This document shows positions 9,664 to 18,310 of a stretch of 64,000 bases of DNA, piece by piece (within the stretch, counting starts at the first letter, position 1; the number at the start of each line of letters is the position of its first letter). The stretch covers positions 32,001 to 96,000 of the forward strand of contig CAVWHX010000003.1 of the NCBI GenBank assembly GCA_963754925.1. Direction: 5' to 3'. The notes below the pieces were generated by a model that was not told the origin of the DNA, made no database searches, and saw nothing but the letters and a program-made list of their open reading frames with translations. A program made the translations under genes and the position numbers. This DNA is from an uncultured delta proteobacterium (GTDB lineage Bacteria > Myxococcota > B64-G9).

Positions 9664-10392
9664 TTATTGCGTGGGGCAGCAGGCAGAGACAAGCGTTTGG
9701 GCGGCACCATCACAATTTAATCCACTGCAATCATACGTTGTACTGCCTACAAGATAATAGCATTGGCTCGTCGAGCAACATGCCTCGACTGAGCAGTTGC
9801 ACATTGAATAAGCAGCGGAACACGTAGCGCCACTGTTGCTCGGTGCGACCCATACAAAATCCAAACTAATCGAAACATCGAGATACGTTCCGACAGAACT
9901 ATCCGCGCCGATGAACGAAACTTGCGCGTCAGTTTCGGTGGTACCCTGAGGCGCCGTCTCGTAACACGTACCATTCCCATGATAGTCTAGATTGCAGGTT
10001 TGCGTAGTCGGTGGCGACTCGCTTACATACTCTTCAGCGCTAAGAGACCCGTCAGTCTCCTCGGTATCCGTCAGCTGGATCTCGAAATAACCGCTAAGGG
10101 ATACGTCATAAATAACTATTGAATCTGCAGAAAGAGTCGGATCCCACGTTATCGTCCAGGCCACTGGAGAACTTTCTGAAAGTGTCTTGCCGGATGGCGT
10201 TGCCACAACCTGCTTTGCGCTGTTTGCGCCAGTGGCGGGCGGAGGAGTGCCGCTATGAAACGTGGCACCCGGGATATAAATATACGCAGTTTTTGTTCCA
10301 TTTGTTCCACTGGGTATCAAGCCGCATGACAGGGTGACAACCATAAGAGACATCGCTACCAACGATAGTAAAATTTGAGAACTCCTCTTCAT
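9664..10392 (-). CDS. Hypothetical lipoprotein with Cys-rich C-terminus
   Basis: Lipobox TLSC; AAGGAG RBS; 10 Cys in the final ~50 aa. Confidence 0.7.
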   Translation of the reverse strand: MKRSSQILLSLVAMSLMVVTLSCGLIPSGTNGTKTAYIYIPGATFHSGTPPPATGANSAKQVVATPSGKTLSESSPVAWTITWDPTLSADSIVIYDVSLSGYFEIQLTDTEETDGSLSAEEYVSESPPTTQTCNLDYHGNGTCYETAPQGTTETDAQVSFIGADSSVGTYLDVSISLDFVWVAPSNSGATCSAAYSMCNCSVEACCSTSQCYYLVGSTTYDCSGLNCDGAAQTLVSACCPTQ

Positions 10393-10760
10393 AATAAATT
10401 CTCCTTTACGGTTTTGTTTACTGATTTTCTCGACCTGTTTTCAATTGGATACGCCTCAACAAGGGACTTAATAATTCGGCACGTTTTTTCTCGTATCTGT
10501 CCCATAAAAATAGCGAGATACTGCTATAAACCCCTCGTCCTGAATTGGTTATGAATTATGACAATCGGACCACAATGATTAATAAGAGGAAACTACCGTT
10601 CTATCCTTCTCTCCGGTAACATCGACACATATTATTAGTAGTTTACAAGCTATTTTAAAACTCGTCAAAATTTATTCTACAAGCCCGACAGTTATGCGCA
10701 ACCGCTTATTTTTTCAAACAATTTAACCCTAAACCCCATTTATAAGTACGAAGAAAAGCC

Positions 10761-10788
10761 TTGACATTTATTCCCAAAAAGATATTCT
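10761..10788 (+). promoter_or_regulatory. Possible sigma70 promoter for 11006 gene
   Basis: TTGACA-16 nt-TATTCT in AT-rich intergenic region. Confidence 0.45.
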
Positions 10789-11005
10789 TACCAAAGTGTC
10801 TTTTTACATAATGTTTGTTTCTCCTAGGAAATCTTCTTGGCGTAAAAGTTGAGAAAGGTATCCCAGGTGTGAAACTAGTTGTTTAGACACGGCTTTTCTA
10901 AGGGGATCATTTCCATGATAGACAGCCGAATTAATCCGGGCACAAAGACTATCAAATTAGCACCAATAGCGTCTCTGGATAGTTCTGCTCTTCTACGGAG
11001 GAATC

Positions 11006-12610
11006 ATGACTGAGCTAGCCATTAGGGTTCCGCGGACGTCGTCTCAGGGTCCGAGAACGGGTATTTGGACTCTCGTAATTATGGCAGGGTATATGTTCGC
11101 CATGGTCGGTTGTTCTGGATACATTTCCTCACCCAAGGGAACACTAAACCTGGAACTCCAAATTGCCCCTGGTGTAGACATTACTGAAATAAATTATCAG
11201 GTTACAAAGGATGGAATGGATCCCTTGGTGGGGACGTTCCCGGTTACCGATGACATCAGTGCGCCGGTTACCGGCACTATCGCCGGTCTTCCGGTCGGTA
11301 CCGGCTATACCATAACGCTGACCGCGAGCGCAGACGATGTGACCTGCGCTGGATCGGCCAACTTTGATGTCGTGGAAGGCACCACGACCCAGGTCAACGT
11401 ACCGGTAGAATGTCGGTACAACCGGCCTACCACACCCGTGTGCGGCGATGGCATCGTCGAATTTCCTGAAGAGTGCGACACCGCAATTCCCGCGGGTCAA
11501 CAGGGCGCGTGCCCGACCAGTTGCACGACCACTGATCCCTGTAACCCCTCGACGCTAACGAACGCCGGCACCTGCACGGCCGCGTGTGTGAACACGCCGA
11601 TCACGCAGTGCAAAGGCGGCGATGGTTGCTGTCCCGATGGTTGCAACATTCTCAGCGACACCGACTGCCCCGCAGCCTGCGGCGATGGCGTCGTCACGGC
11701 ACCCGAGACCTGCGATAAAGCGATTCCGGCCGGTCAACCGGGCGCATGCCCGACGACCTGCGACGATGGGATCGCCTGCACCAAAGACACCATGACCGGC
11801 AGCGCGGATCAATGCAATGTGGTCTGCAGCCATCAAGCGATTACACAATGTATCAACGACGACGGCTGCTGCCCGGCCGGCTGCAGCATCAAGAACGACA
11901 ACGACTGCTCCACCCGCTGCGGCGACGACGTTGTTTCAACCGGCGAGACGTGTGACCCGCCGAGTTCGTGTCCGACAAGCTGCGACGACGGAAATAAGTG
12001 CACCACTGACACCATGACCGGCAGCGCGGCAACCTGCAACGTCACGTGCAGTCATCAGGCGATTACCCAATGTATAAGCGGCGATGGCTGTTGCCCAGCC
12101 GGCTGCAACAACAAGAACGACAGCGACTGCACCCCGGTATGCGGCAATGGCGTGGTCGAGGCTGGTGAGCAATGTGATCCGCCCAACGGCACGACCTGCA
12201 GCGCCACCTGCACGGTCGAATCCATTTGTGGAGCGCCGCCCACCGATTGTTTCGCCTGTGAGTGTCACGACTGTTCTTGGTCGATGAACGCGTGCATAAA
12301 CGGCCCCGGTGTCGCCGCCAGCGGCCCGGCCGCCGGCACACCCAAAGCAAAACTGTGCACGAACCTGGTGCAGTGCGTGCAGGCCTCCAAATGCATAGGA
12401 GCTCAATGCTTGTGCGGTACGGTGAGCTTCTGTGACTGCATGCACGGAAAAGGCACTGGCCCCTGTAAGGCGCAGATCATTGCCGCCGCCGAAACAACCG
12501 ATCCCTTCCTGATCACTCTCCGCGAGTTCTGCCCCTCCTATGCCATCGGGCGCGCGGTCGACGTCCAGATGTGCTCCCTCTGGCAGTGTTTCCAGGAATG
12601 CTGGCGCTAG
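11006..12610 (+). CDS. Myxobacterial-type cysteine-rich repeat lipoprotein (DUF4215-like)
   Basis: GGAGG RBS; lipobox MVGC; four CG(D/N)xxVxxxExCD repeats and three DGCCPxGC units. Confidence 0.8.
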   Translation: MTELAIRVPRTSSQGPRTGIWTLVIMAGYMFAMVGCSGYISSPKGTLNLELQIAPGVDITEINYQVTKDGMDPLVGTFPVTDDISAPVTGTIAGLPVGTGYTITLTASADDVTCAGSANFDVVEGTTTQVNVPVECRYNRPTTPVCGDGIVEFPEECDTAIPAGQQGACPTSCTTTDPCNPSTLTNAGTCTAACVNTPITQCKGGDGCCPDGCNILSDTDCPAACGDGVVTAPETCDKAIPAGQPGACPTTCDDGIACTKDTMTGSADQCNVVCSHQAITQCINDDGCCPAGCSIKNDNDCSTRCGDDVVSTGETCDPPSSCPTSCDDGNKCTTDTMTGSAATCNVTCSHQAITQCISGDGCCPAGCNNKNDSDCTPVCGNGVVEAGEQCDPPNGTTCSATCTVESICGAPPTDCFACECHDCSWSMNACINGPGVAASGPAAGTPKAKLCTNLVQCVQASKCIGAQCLCGTVSFCDCMHGKGTGPCKAQIIAAAETTDPFLITLREFCPSYAIGRAVDVQMCSLWQCFQECWR

Positions 12611-12680
12611 AGATTCAGCAATAGGGGCATACGGCAGATTCAATCTACAGAAACGCTAGCCTCCAAACGGCACCCGGTCG

Positions 12681-13541
12681 TCAACCGAGCTTAGCGAGAA
12701 GATCCTTCTGAAAGATTTCGTCGTCGATGACTCCCTCGCTGACGTGCACAACGGGTCCGGCCATGGTGGCGCGGAACTGTTCCTTAAACCAAACATCCAG
12801 AGTTCCACCCGGCATATGAACCGTGATTCGTGAATCACACAAACCGAGTTTATAGGCAACCGCGGCAGCGGCCGTGCTACTGCTGCCCGAGGCCAGGGTA
12901 TAGCCGGCGCCCCGTTCCCATATCTCAATACGAATGTTCAACCGATTAAGAACCGCCATAAATTGGACGTTCGTGCGATTGACGAATCGAGGCTCGACTT
13001 CTATCAATGGCCCGAACTGTTTTGCAAGCTCTGGCGTCGGCGAGTCGCAGAGAACGACGCAATGCGGGTTACCAACGGTTGCAGCGCAATAGGTAAATAC
13101 CCGGCCGCCGACTTCTATCGTTTCGTTCAATACTTCACGAACTGGCCCGGTAACCGGTATGGTATCGCTATCGAAGCTGACATCACCCATGTCGACCGTT
13201 ACCTTCCTGCCATCGGGCGCCACTTGCGCCGTCACCAGCCCGCCAAGCGTTTCAATGGTGAAGGGTTGTTCTCGAACCAATCCATAATCCCAAAGAAACC
13301 GCGAGAAGATGCGTAGACCGTTGCCGCTTTTCTCTGCTTCGCTTCCGTCCGGATTGAAAATTCTGAGCTTGTAATCGCACGATGTGCTCTTCAGTGGGCC
13401 GAGAAGAATCCCGTCGGAACCAACGCCATAATTTCTATGACAGATGAGACGAATGCGGCTTTGATTGAGTTCCCCATGCATATCGTTAGGTTGAATGACA
13501 ATATAATCGTTGCCAAGGGCGTGGTATTTGCTATATTTCAT
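12681..13541 (-). CDS. dapF: Diaminopimelate epimerase (Ser at the catalytic Cys positions)
   Basis: KYHALGNDY, GVGSDG, IFNPDGSEAEKSGNG, VGNPHCV, WERGAGYTLASGSS. Confidence 0.9.
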   Translation of the reverse strand: MKYSKYHALGNDYIVIQPNDMHGELNQSRIRLICHRNYGVGSDGILLGPLKSTSCDYKLRIFNPDGSEAEKSGNGLRIFSRFLWDYGLVREQPFTIETLGGLVTAQVAPDGRKVTVDMGDVSFDSDTIPVTGPVREVLNETIEVGGRVFTYCAATVGNPHCVVLCDSPTPELAKQFGPLIEVEPRFVNRTNVQFMAVLNRLNIRIEIWERGAGYTLASGSSSTAAAAVAYKLGLCDSRITVHMPGGTLDVWFKEQFRATMAGPVVHVSEGVIDDEIFQKDLLAKLG

Positions 13542-13840
13542 TAGCTTTCTTTTACTCCTACTCGCTGCACATCAATCCCAATCACTCATTCAGGGCTCGC
13601 GGACGTCTTTGGTTTCTCTCAGTTGAGAATTTTTGTCAACGCGTTTCGAAAAGCACTAGAGAAACCGTGGTCAAAATTACACGATTTAATATCTGGGTCG
13701 CCCATGACCGATGGTGGTGCGATGACCCCGAGAAAAATCACACTAAAAACGGAAAGCCTGGTGTCATTACGTTGGCGTTTACTTTTTTTGCCATTCCTGT
13801 AACTATACGAAAACAAAATAATCATTGAATGTAGCCCCGG

Positions 13841-14503
13841 TTGGTTCAGGTTTTGCAGTGCGATACCACGAATAGTTGGCGCTTACGGCAAGAGCTCCGC
13901 ATGACTGAAGCAAAGAAAAAAGATGATTCGTGCTCATTTTCTCAACCAGTATCGTATGCGCGATGTATGAATTGCGCCGACTCCGATTCCATCTCGGCCT
14001 GGTCGTTAGTCGGAATGTCGGCACTGGCAAAAAAAAATCTCGACCAGGCGATGCTGGCTTTTGAAAAGGTTCTAGCGCTATCGGACGGCCAAGAAATGCC
14101 TCAGGTGCTGGCCGCGCTGATTGGCTGTTACTTAGAACAAGGTGATGTGAACCGGGCCCGTCAAGCCATAGAAAGACAAAAAAACTGGTCTGCCTCGCCC
14201 GTGCTCTATGCCCAGCACTTGCTCGTGAAAATAGCATGCGGCGATATCATCAATGCGAAAAATGTATCAGCTGCAGACCCCGATGAAATCGCCCGTCAAT
14301 GGCCGCATCTTGTGGAGCGTCTCCTCCTCGGCGGTGCGGTGGAGGAGATCGAAAGGGTGCTTTTTGCCCTCACCGCTATCACCCTGTATTCCCCTCAGCT
14401 TACCTCGCCGCTGTCCAACCTTTTTGCCCGTTTCCGGTTATCTAAGGTCGTCGATTGGACCGAGGCCTGCGGCCGAAGAGTTGCTGGTTCGCCACACCGT
14501 TGA
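13841..14503 (+). CDS. TPR-containing hypothetical protein, possibly a C-terminal remnant
   Basis: AWSLVGMSAL..NLDQAMLAFEKVL TPR-like helices; start unclear. Confidence 0.4.
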   Translation: MVQVLQCDTTNSWRLRQELRMTEAKKKDDSCSFSQPVSYARCMNCADSDSISAWSLVGMSALAKKNLDQAMLAFEKVLALSDGQEMPQVLAALIGCYLEQGDVNRARQAIERQKNWSASPVLYAQHLLVKIACGDIINAKNVSAADPDEIARQWPHLVERLLLGGAVEEIERVLFALTAITLYSPQLTSPLSNLFARFRLSKVVDWTEACGRRVAGSPHR

Positions 14504-14517
14504 CATTCGGTATCATC

Positions 14518-15540
14518 TCAGCCCCCCACCAACACCACTTCGCGCTCGAGATCGACTCCAAACGTGTCACGCACCGATTGGCGAATCTCTTCGGACAATT
14601 CAAAAATCTCACGGCCGCTGGCGCCGCCGTAATTCACCAACACCAACGCCTGACGCTCATGCACCCCGCAGCGGCCGCGACGCCGGCCTTTCCAACCAAG
14701 ACGCTCGATCAGGTAGCCGGCCGCAAGCTTCATGCGCCCTACGCCCGCCGGGAACGCAACCAGACCGGGGAAGCGCTTGCTCAGAATATCGACCTGGTCC
14801 AGAGGCAGCTCGGGGTTTTTGAAAAAGCTTCCGGCGTTGCCGATTCTGGCTGGGTCGGGGAGTTTTTCTCGACGAATGCGCATAATGGCTTCAAAGACAT
14901 CCTGAATGGTGCAGTCGCGTTGATCTATTTTTTCAATTTCCTCTTCAAGCGCGGAATAACCAACCTTCGGCCGTGGATGTTTGCTCAAGCGAAGGGTTAG
15001 ATGCGTGATCGCCGCCCGATTCTTCCACTCGCGCTTGAAAACGCTGCTACGGTAGGTACAGCCACATTCTGGGCCGTTGAACGAGAGCGGTCGCCCGCCC
15101 GAGATCTCCAGCGCTTCGACCTGTTGAAGGACCTCTGACACCTCGACCCCGTAAGCGCCGATATTCTGAACCGGCGCTGCCCCCGCGCTGCCGGGGATGC
15201 CAGCCAGGTTTTCAATGCCACCCCAATTCCGGTCGACACAATACCTCACCAGTGCTTGCCAACTTTCCCCCGCGCCCACCCGCAGCCAAATTTCGTCCTT
15301 GGTCTCGCGCACAACCTCGCGACCTTGGATGGCTACTTTGACCACTAACCCCGGAACATCATCGATGAAGAGGATGTTCGATCCTTCTCCGAGAATCATC
15401 AATCCTTTGGAAAAGAGATCGCGCTGACTCAGGAGTGCTTGCAACTCATCGACCGAGTCGACCGTCGCAAACGTTTCGCAGCACGCATCAATCCCAAAGG
15501 TGTTGTGGGGTTTGAGCGAGTGGTGCGAGAGAAAATTCAT
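14518..15540 (-). CDS. murB: UDP-N-acetylenolpyruvoylglucosamine reductase
   Basis: HNTFGI, LGEGSN, ENLAGIPG..GAAPVQNIGAYG, GNAGSFFKNP, QALVLVN. Confidence 0.95.
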   Translation of the reverse strand: MNFLSHHSLKPHNTFGIDACCETFATVDSVDELQALLSQRDLFSKGLMILGEGSNILFIDDVPGLVVKVAIQGREVVRETKDEIWLRVGAGESWQALVRYCVDRNWGGIENLAGIPGSAGAAPVQNIGAYGVEVSEVLQQVEALEISGGRPLSFNGPECGCTYRSSVFKREWKNRAAITHLTLRLSKHPRPKVGYSALEEEIEKIDQRDCTIQDVFEAIMRIRREKLPDPARIGNAGSFFKNPELPLDQVDILSKRFPGLVAFPAGVGRMKLAAGYLIERLGWKGRRRGRCGVHERQALVLVNYGGASGREIFELSEEIRQSVRDTFGVDLEREVVLVGG

Positions 15541-15609
15541 GAGCGGCGATAATACTCTTTTGAGAAGCATCCAGCGTATATTATTTTTGTTACATCAAAC
15601 GGGTCCCTC

Positions 15610-16341
15610 TCAGAGACTCATCGGACGACGCCCGGATACCATGATATAGAGCGCCAGACCGCGGAGGAACGGCACCGCTCCTATCCATCGTTCGAGTGTC
15701 GCCATCCGAGAGCTAAGAGCCCAGAAAGGCGGCGGCACCAATCCCATAAACCGATGGGTCACCTCCGCGAAGCCGGTTTGCTCCAGCAAGCGGCGTGTAC
15801 GTCGGGGGGTGCCTCGCCACATCTTGCGCTCAATCGACCATGAGAGCGCCGGATGGAATACAATGAACGGTACCCACAAGGGTTGGAGCGGATTTGGATC
15901 GACAAATATCGCGCGTCCTCCAGGAACCAAAGCGGTGTACACGCGGCGCAGCACCTCGAGTGGGTCCTCCATGTGGTGGAGGATTCCCCGTCCGGTTACC
16001 AGGGTAAAGTTCTGTCGGAAATCAATCTGCTCTGCGGGCTTCACCATCGGGATGAAATGGTCTGCCAGGTGCAGCGCCACAACTCGGCGGTGCAGCACCT
16101 GCAAGGTATTCTCAGATATGTCGAGTGCGGTCACTCGGCAACCGAGGCGGAGGAGCGGAATGGTCATCCGTCCAAAACCGCACCCGACGTCCAACACCTT
16201 CTCGCCGCCGTGAATGCCGTTCAGTTTGAAAAGTCGCTGGGTCATGCCTGCATGGAATGGCGTCTCTCGGCCATACAGGGCGTCGTACGCCTCGACCTGT
16301 TGATCGAAGTGCCGCTGCTGTCCGCTTGACCACTTCGTCAT
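15610..16341 (-). CDS. Class I SAM-dependent methyltransferase
   Basis: VLDVGCGFG, ALDIS, ILHH; ATGA overlap with upstream gene. Confidence 0.85.
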   Translation of the reverse strand: MTKWSSGQQRHFDQQVEAYDALYGRETPFHAGMTQRLFKLNGIHGGEKVLDVGCGFGRMTIPLLRLGCRVTALDISENTLQVLHRRVVALHLADHFIPMVKPAEQIDFRQNFTLVTGRGILHHMEDPLEVLRRVYTALVPGGRAIFVDPNPLQPLWVPFIVFHPALSWSIERKMWRGTPRRTRRLLEQTGFAEVTHRFMGLVPPPFWALSSRMATLERWIGAVPFLRGLALYIMVSGRRPMSL

Positions 16342-17009
16342 GACCAACATCGCAATTCCGCGCACGCGTTGGTAGCTACGGCCTGGTGGTACTCGCACAA
16401 CGGAAAATCAACATCGAACACTCGCAGCAGCGGTACCAAAAAGCGAGGTGTGTTGTTTTGGGAAATCATTCCGGTCGTCCAGAAATGCCGTACCGTTAAT
16501 CCGGCTCCGTTGATAAGATCCATCAAAAATCTACGCGTGAAACGCAAACCTCCTCGTTCGGCAGCTACCAGCAATGAGAAGGCGAACATCACCGGGTTAT
16601 TCCGGTTAGGTTCGATAATGACGACTGCTTCCTTGGCAACCCGTGCCATTTCCCTGATGACCGCCGCTGGATGCGGAACGTGGTGTAGCAGATTGGCTTC
16701 AAAAGCGATATCAAAGCTGGCGTCGGGGAACGGTAAGTCTTCAGCGTTCGCTTGCACGGTTTCAAATCCTTGAGCACGAGCTAACATGAGAGGCGATAGG
16801 TCTGTCCCGACGACCCGCTGAGCCCGCGCCGCCAGATGATGGGTGAAAAGACCCGGGCCGCAACCGACATCGAGCACTGAACGATTCGCCAGCGGCAACA
16901 CGCTTTCGATGCGATCGAGCTTCGGCAGTGCATAGGCCAGCACCACGGGATCGTTCGGACCTCGGTAGCGTACCCGACGCCAATAGTTCTCTTGCGGCTC
17001 AGGTTTCAG
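16338..17009 (-). CDS. Class I SAM-dependent methyltransferase (probable CTG start)
   Basis: VLDVGCGPG, LPFPDASFD, LLHHV; frame open to a CTG 5 nt after GGAGGA, overlapping the upstream TGA. Confidence 0.85.
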   Translation of the reverse strand: MKPEPQENYWRRVRYRGPNDPVVLAYALPKLDRIESVLPLANRSVLDVGCGPGLFTHHLAARAQRVVGTDLSPLMLARAQGFETVQANAEDLPFPDASFDIAFEANLLHHVPHPAAVIREMARVAKEAVVIIEPNRNNPVMFAFSLLVAAERGGLRFTRRFLMDLINGAGLTVRHFWTTGMISQNNTPRFLVPLLRVFDVDFPLCEYHQAVATNACAELRCWS

Positions 17010-18310
17010 GGCGTTCCTCCGCCGGGAGGCTCCTGTGGGGGAATAAGGGCGACCACCGCCCGGACGAGCGAGCCCCAGAGGGCAAACGACAGCCCCAGAA
17101 GAAAGAGCAGCGATCCGGTAAGAACATATGACCAGTGCAGAAACACCTTGCCTTGGGTGAAGTAGGTATAGATACCTTCATGATTGAGTATGACGGCCGC
17201 CAGCATCAACAGTACCCCCACCAGCCACAGATTGTTGATAACCGTTTGGCGCAGCAGCGCCCGCGCGAGCAAGCTGTTGCGAAACGGCGGCATACGGTGG
17301 GCGGCGGCGAGAATGGTATTAGCTACCAGACCGAAGAAGATGAAGTGCACCCCCGAAAGCACCATAACCGTTATGGCGACAAGGCGGTAGATCTCCCAGT
17401 CCTCTACCCGCCGCGCCTGCAAGTAGTAGCTCACCGGCCCGATGCCGAGCACCACGGCGAGCACTAAGAGTACCACCCCCAAGAAGCCAAATACCTTCAA
17501 CGGATTGTACCGATGGGCGGTGCGCAGAATGGTCCATAAAAAACGCAGGCCATCTATTGCCGGACTGAGTTTTGAACCACCCACCCGTTCGTCATAGGGC
17601 ATTGGGATCTCACGGATATCAAGTCGTTCGTGAAGCGCGGAGGTGCTCATGGCTGGCGTGAAATCCAACCCGTCCGGAAGTTTTCCGAGGCGTGCGAGCG
17701 CCGATCGCTGAAAGATCCGCATGCCCGAGGCCGTGTCAGTTATCGTGCGCCCCGTGATCCAGCTCAGCAATCGAGCGAAAAACAAGTTACCAATCCATCG
17801 TACCGCTGGCATGTGCGAAGTGGCGCCGGCTAATCGAGAACCAAGCAGAATATCGGCCGGTTTGGTCGACATCTCCTTGGCCAAGTCGAACAAGAATTCC
17901 GGTTGATAGGTGCCGTCGGCGTCAAGAAAGGCAATCCACTCCCCTTTCGCCGCCGCGAAACCGGCCTTCAGCGCTCCACCGTAACCGTGATTCTGAGCAA
18001 GTTGCAGCAGCTTTACACCCGCGATCGAGCGAACCACCTCAGCCGTCTTATCGGTTGAGCCATCGTCCACGACGACAATCTCGACTTCTCGGATGCGATC
18101 AAACTCACGTTTAATTCTCTCAGCGGTTAGGCGCAAGCGCGCCAGGACGGCACCGATGCCTTGTTCTTCGTTGAGGGCCGGGAGCACGACTGAAACAACC
18201 AGCTGTTCTGGAGTGTTCATAGTCGAAGTATAGGAGTCGGCATATCTAAAGGCAACTCTGTAACCAAGGTAATTGCACGGTGTTGGCTGCGTGGTAGCTC
18301 TGCGCGTCAA
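17006..18310 (-). CDS. GT2 polyprenyl-phosphate glycosyltransferase (DPM1-like) with C-terminal TM helices
   Basis: VVLPALNEE, VVDDGSTD, FLDADGTY, DTASGMR, ERVGGSKL; alternative start 18220. Confidence 0.9.
   Translation of the reverse strand: MTRRATTQPTPCNYLGYRVAFRYADSYTSTMNTPEQLVVSVVLPALNEEQGIGAVLARLRLTAERIKREFDRIREVEIVVVDDGSTDKTAEVVRSIAGVKLLQLAQNHGYGGALKAGFAAAKGEWIAFLDADGTYQPEFLFDLAKEMSTKPADILLGSRLAGATSHMPAVRWIGNLFFARLLSWITGRTITDTASGMRIFQRSALARLGKLPDGLDFTPAMSTSALHERLDIREIPMPYDERVGGSKLSPAIDGLRFLWTILRTAHRYNPLKVFGFLGVVLLVLAVVLGIGPVSYYLQARRVEDWEIYRLVAITVMVLSGVHFIFFGLVANTILAAAHRMPPFRNSLLARALLRQTVINNLWLVGVLLMLAAVILNHEGIYTYFTQGKVFLHWSYVLTGSLLFLLGLSFALWGSLVRAVVALIPPQEPPGGGTP

Noticed and set aside
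10850..10940. c-di-GMP-I riboswitch before the Cys-rich lipoprotein
   Set aside because: Weak P2 pairing and no GACGCAAA-like core
11430..12200. Multiheme cytochrome or repeat array
   Set aside because: No CxxCH; repeats are protein-coding Cys modules
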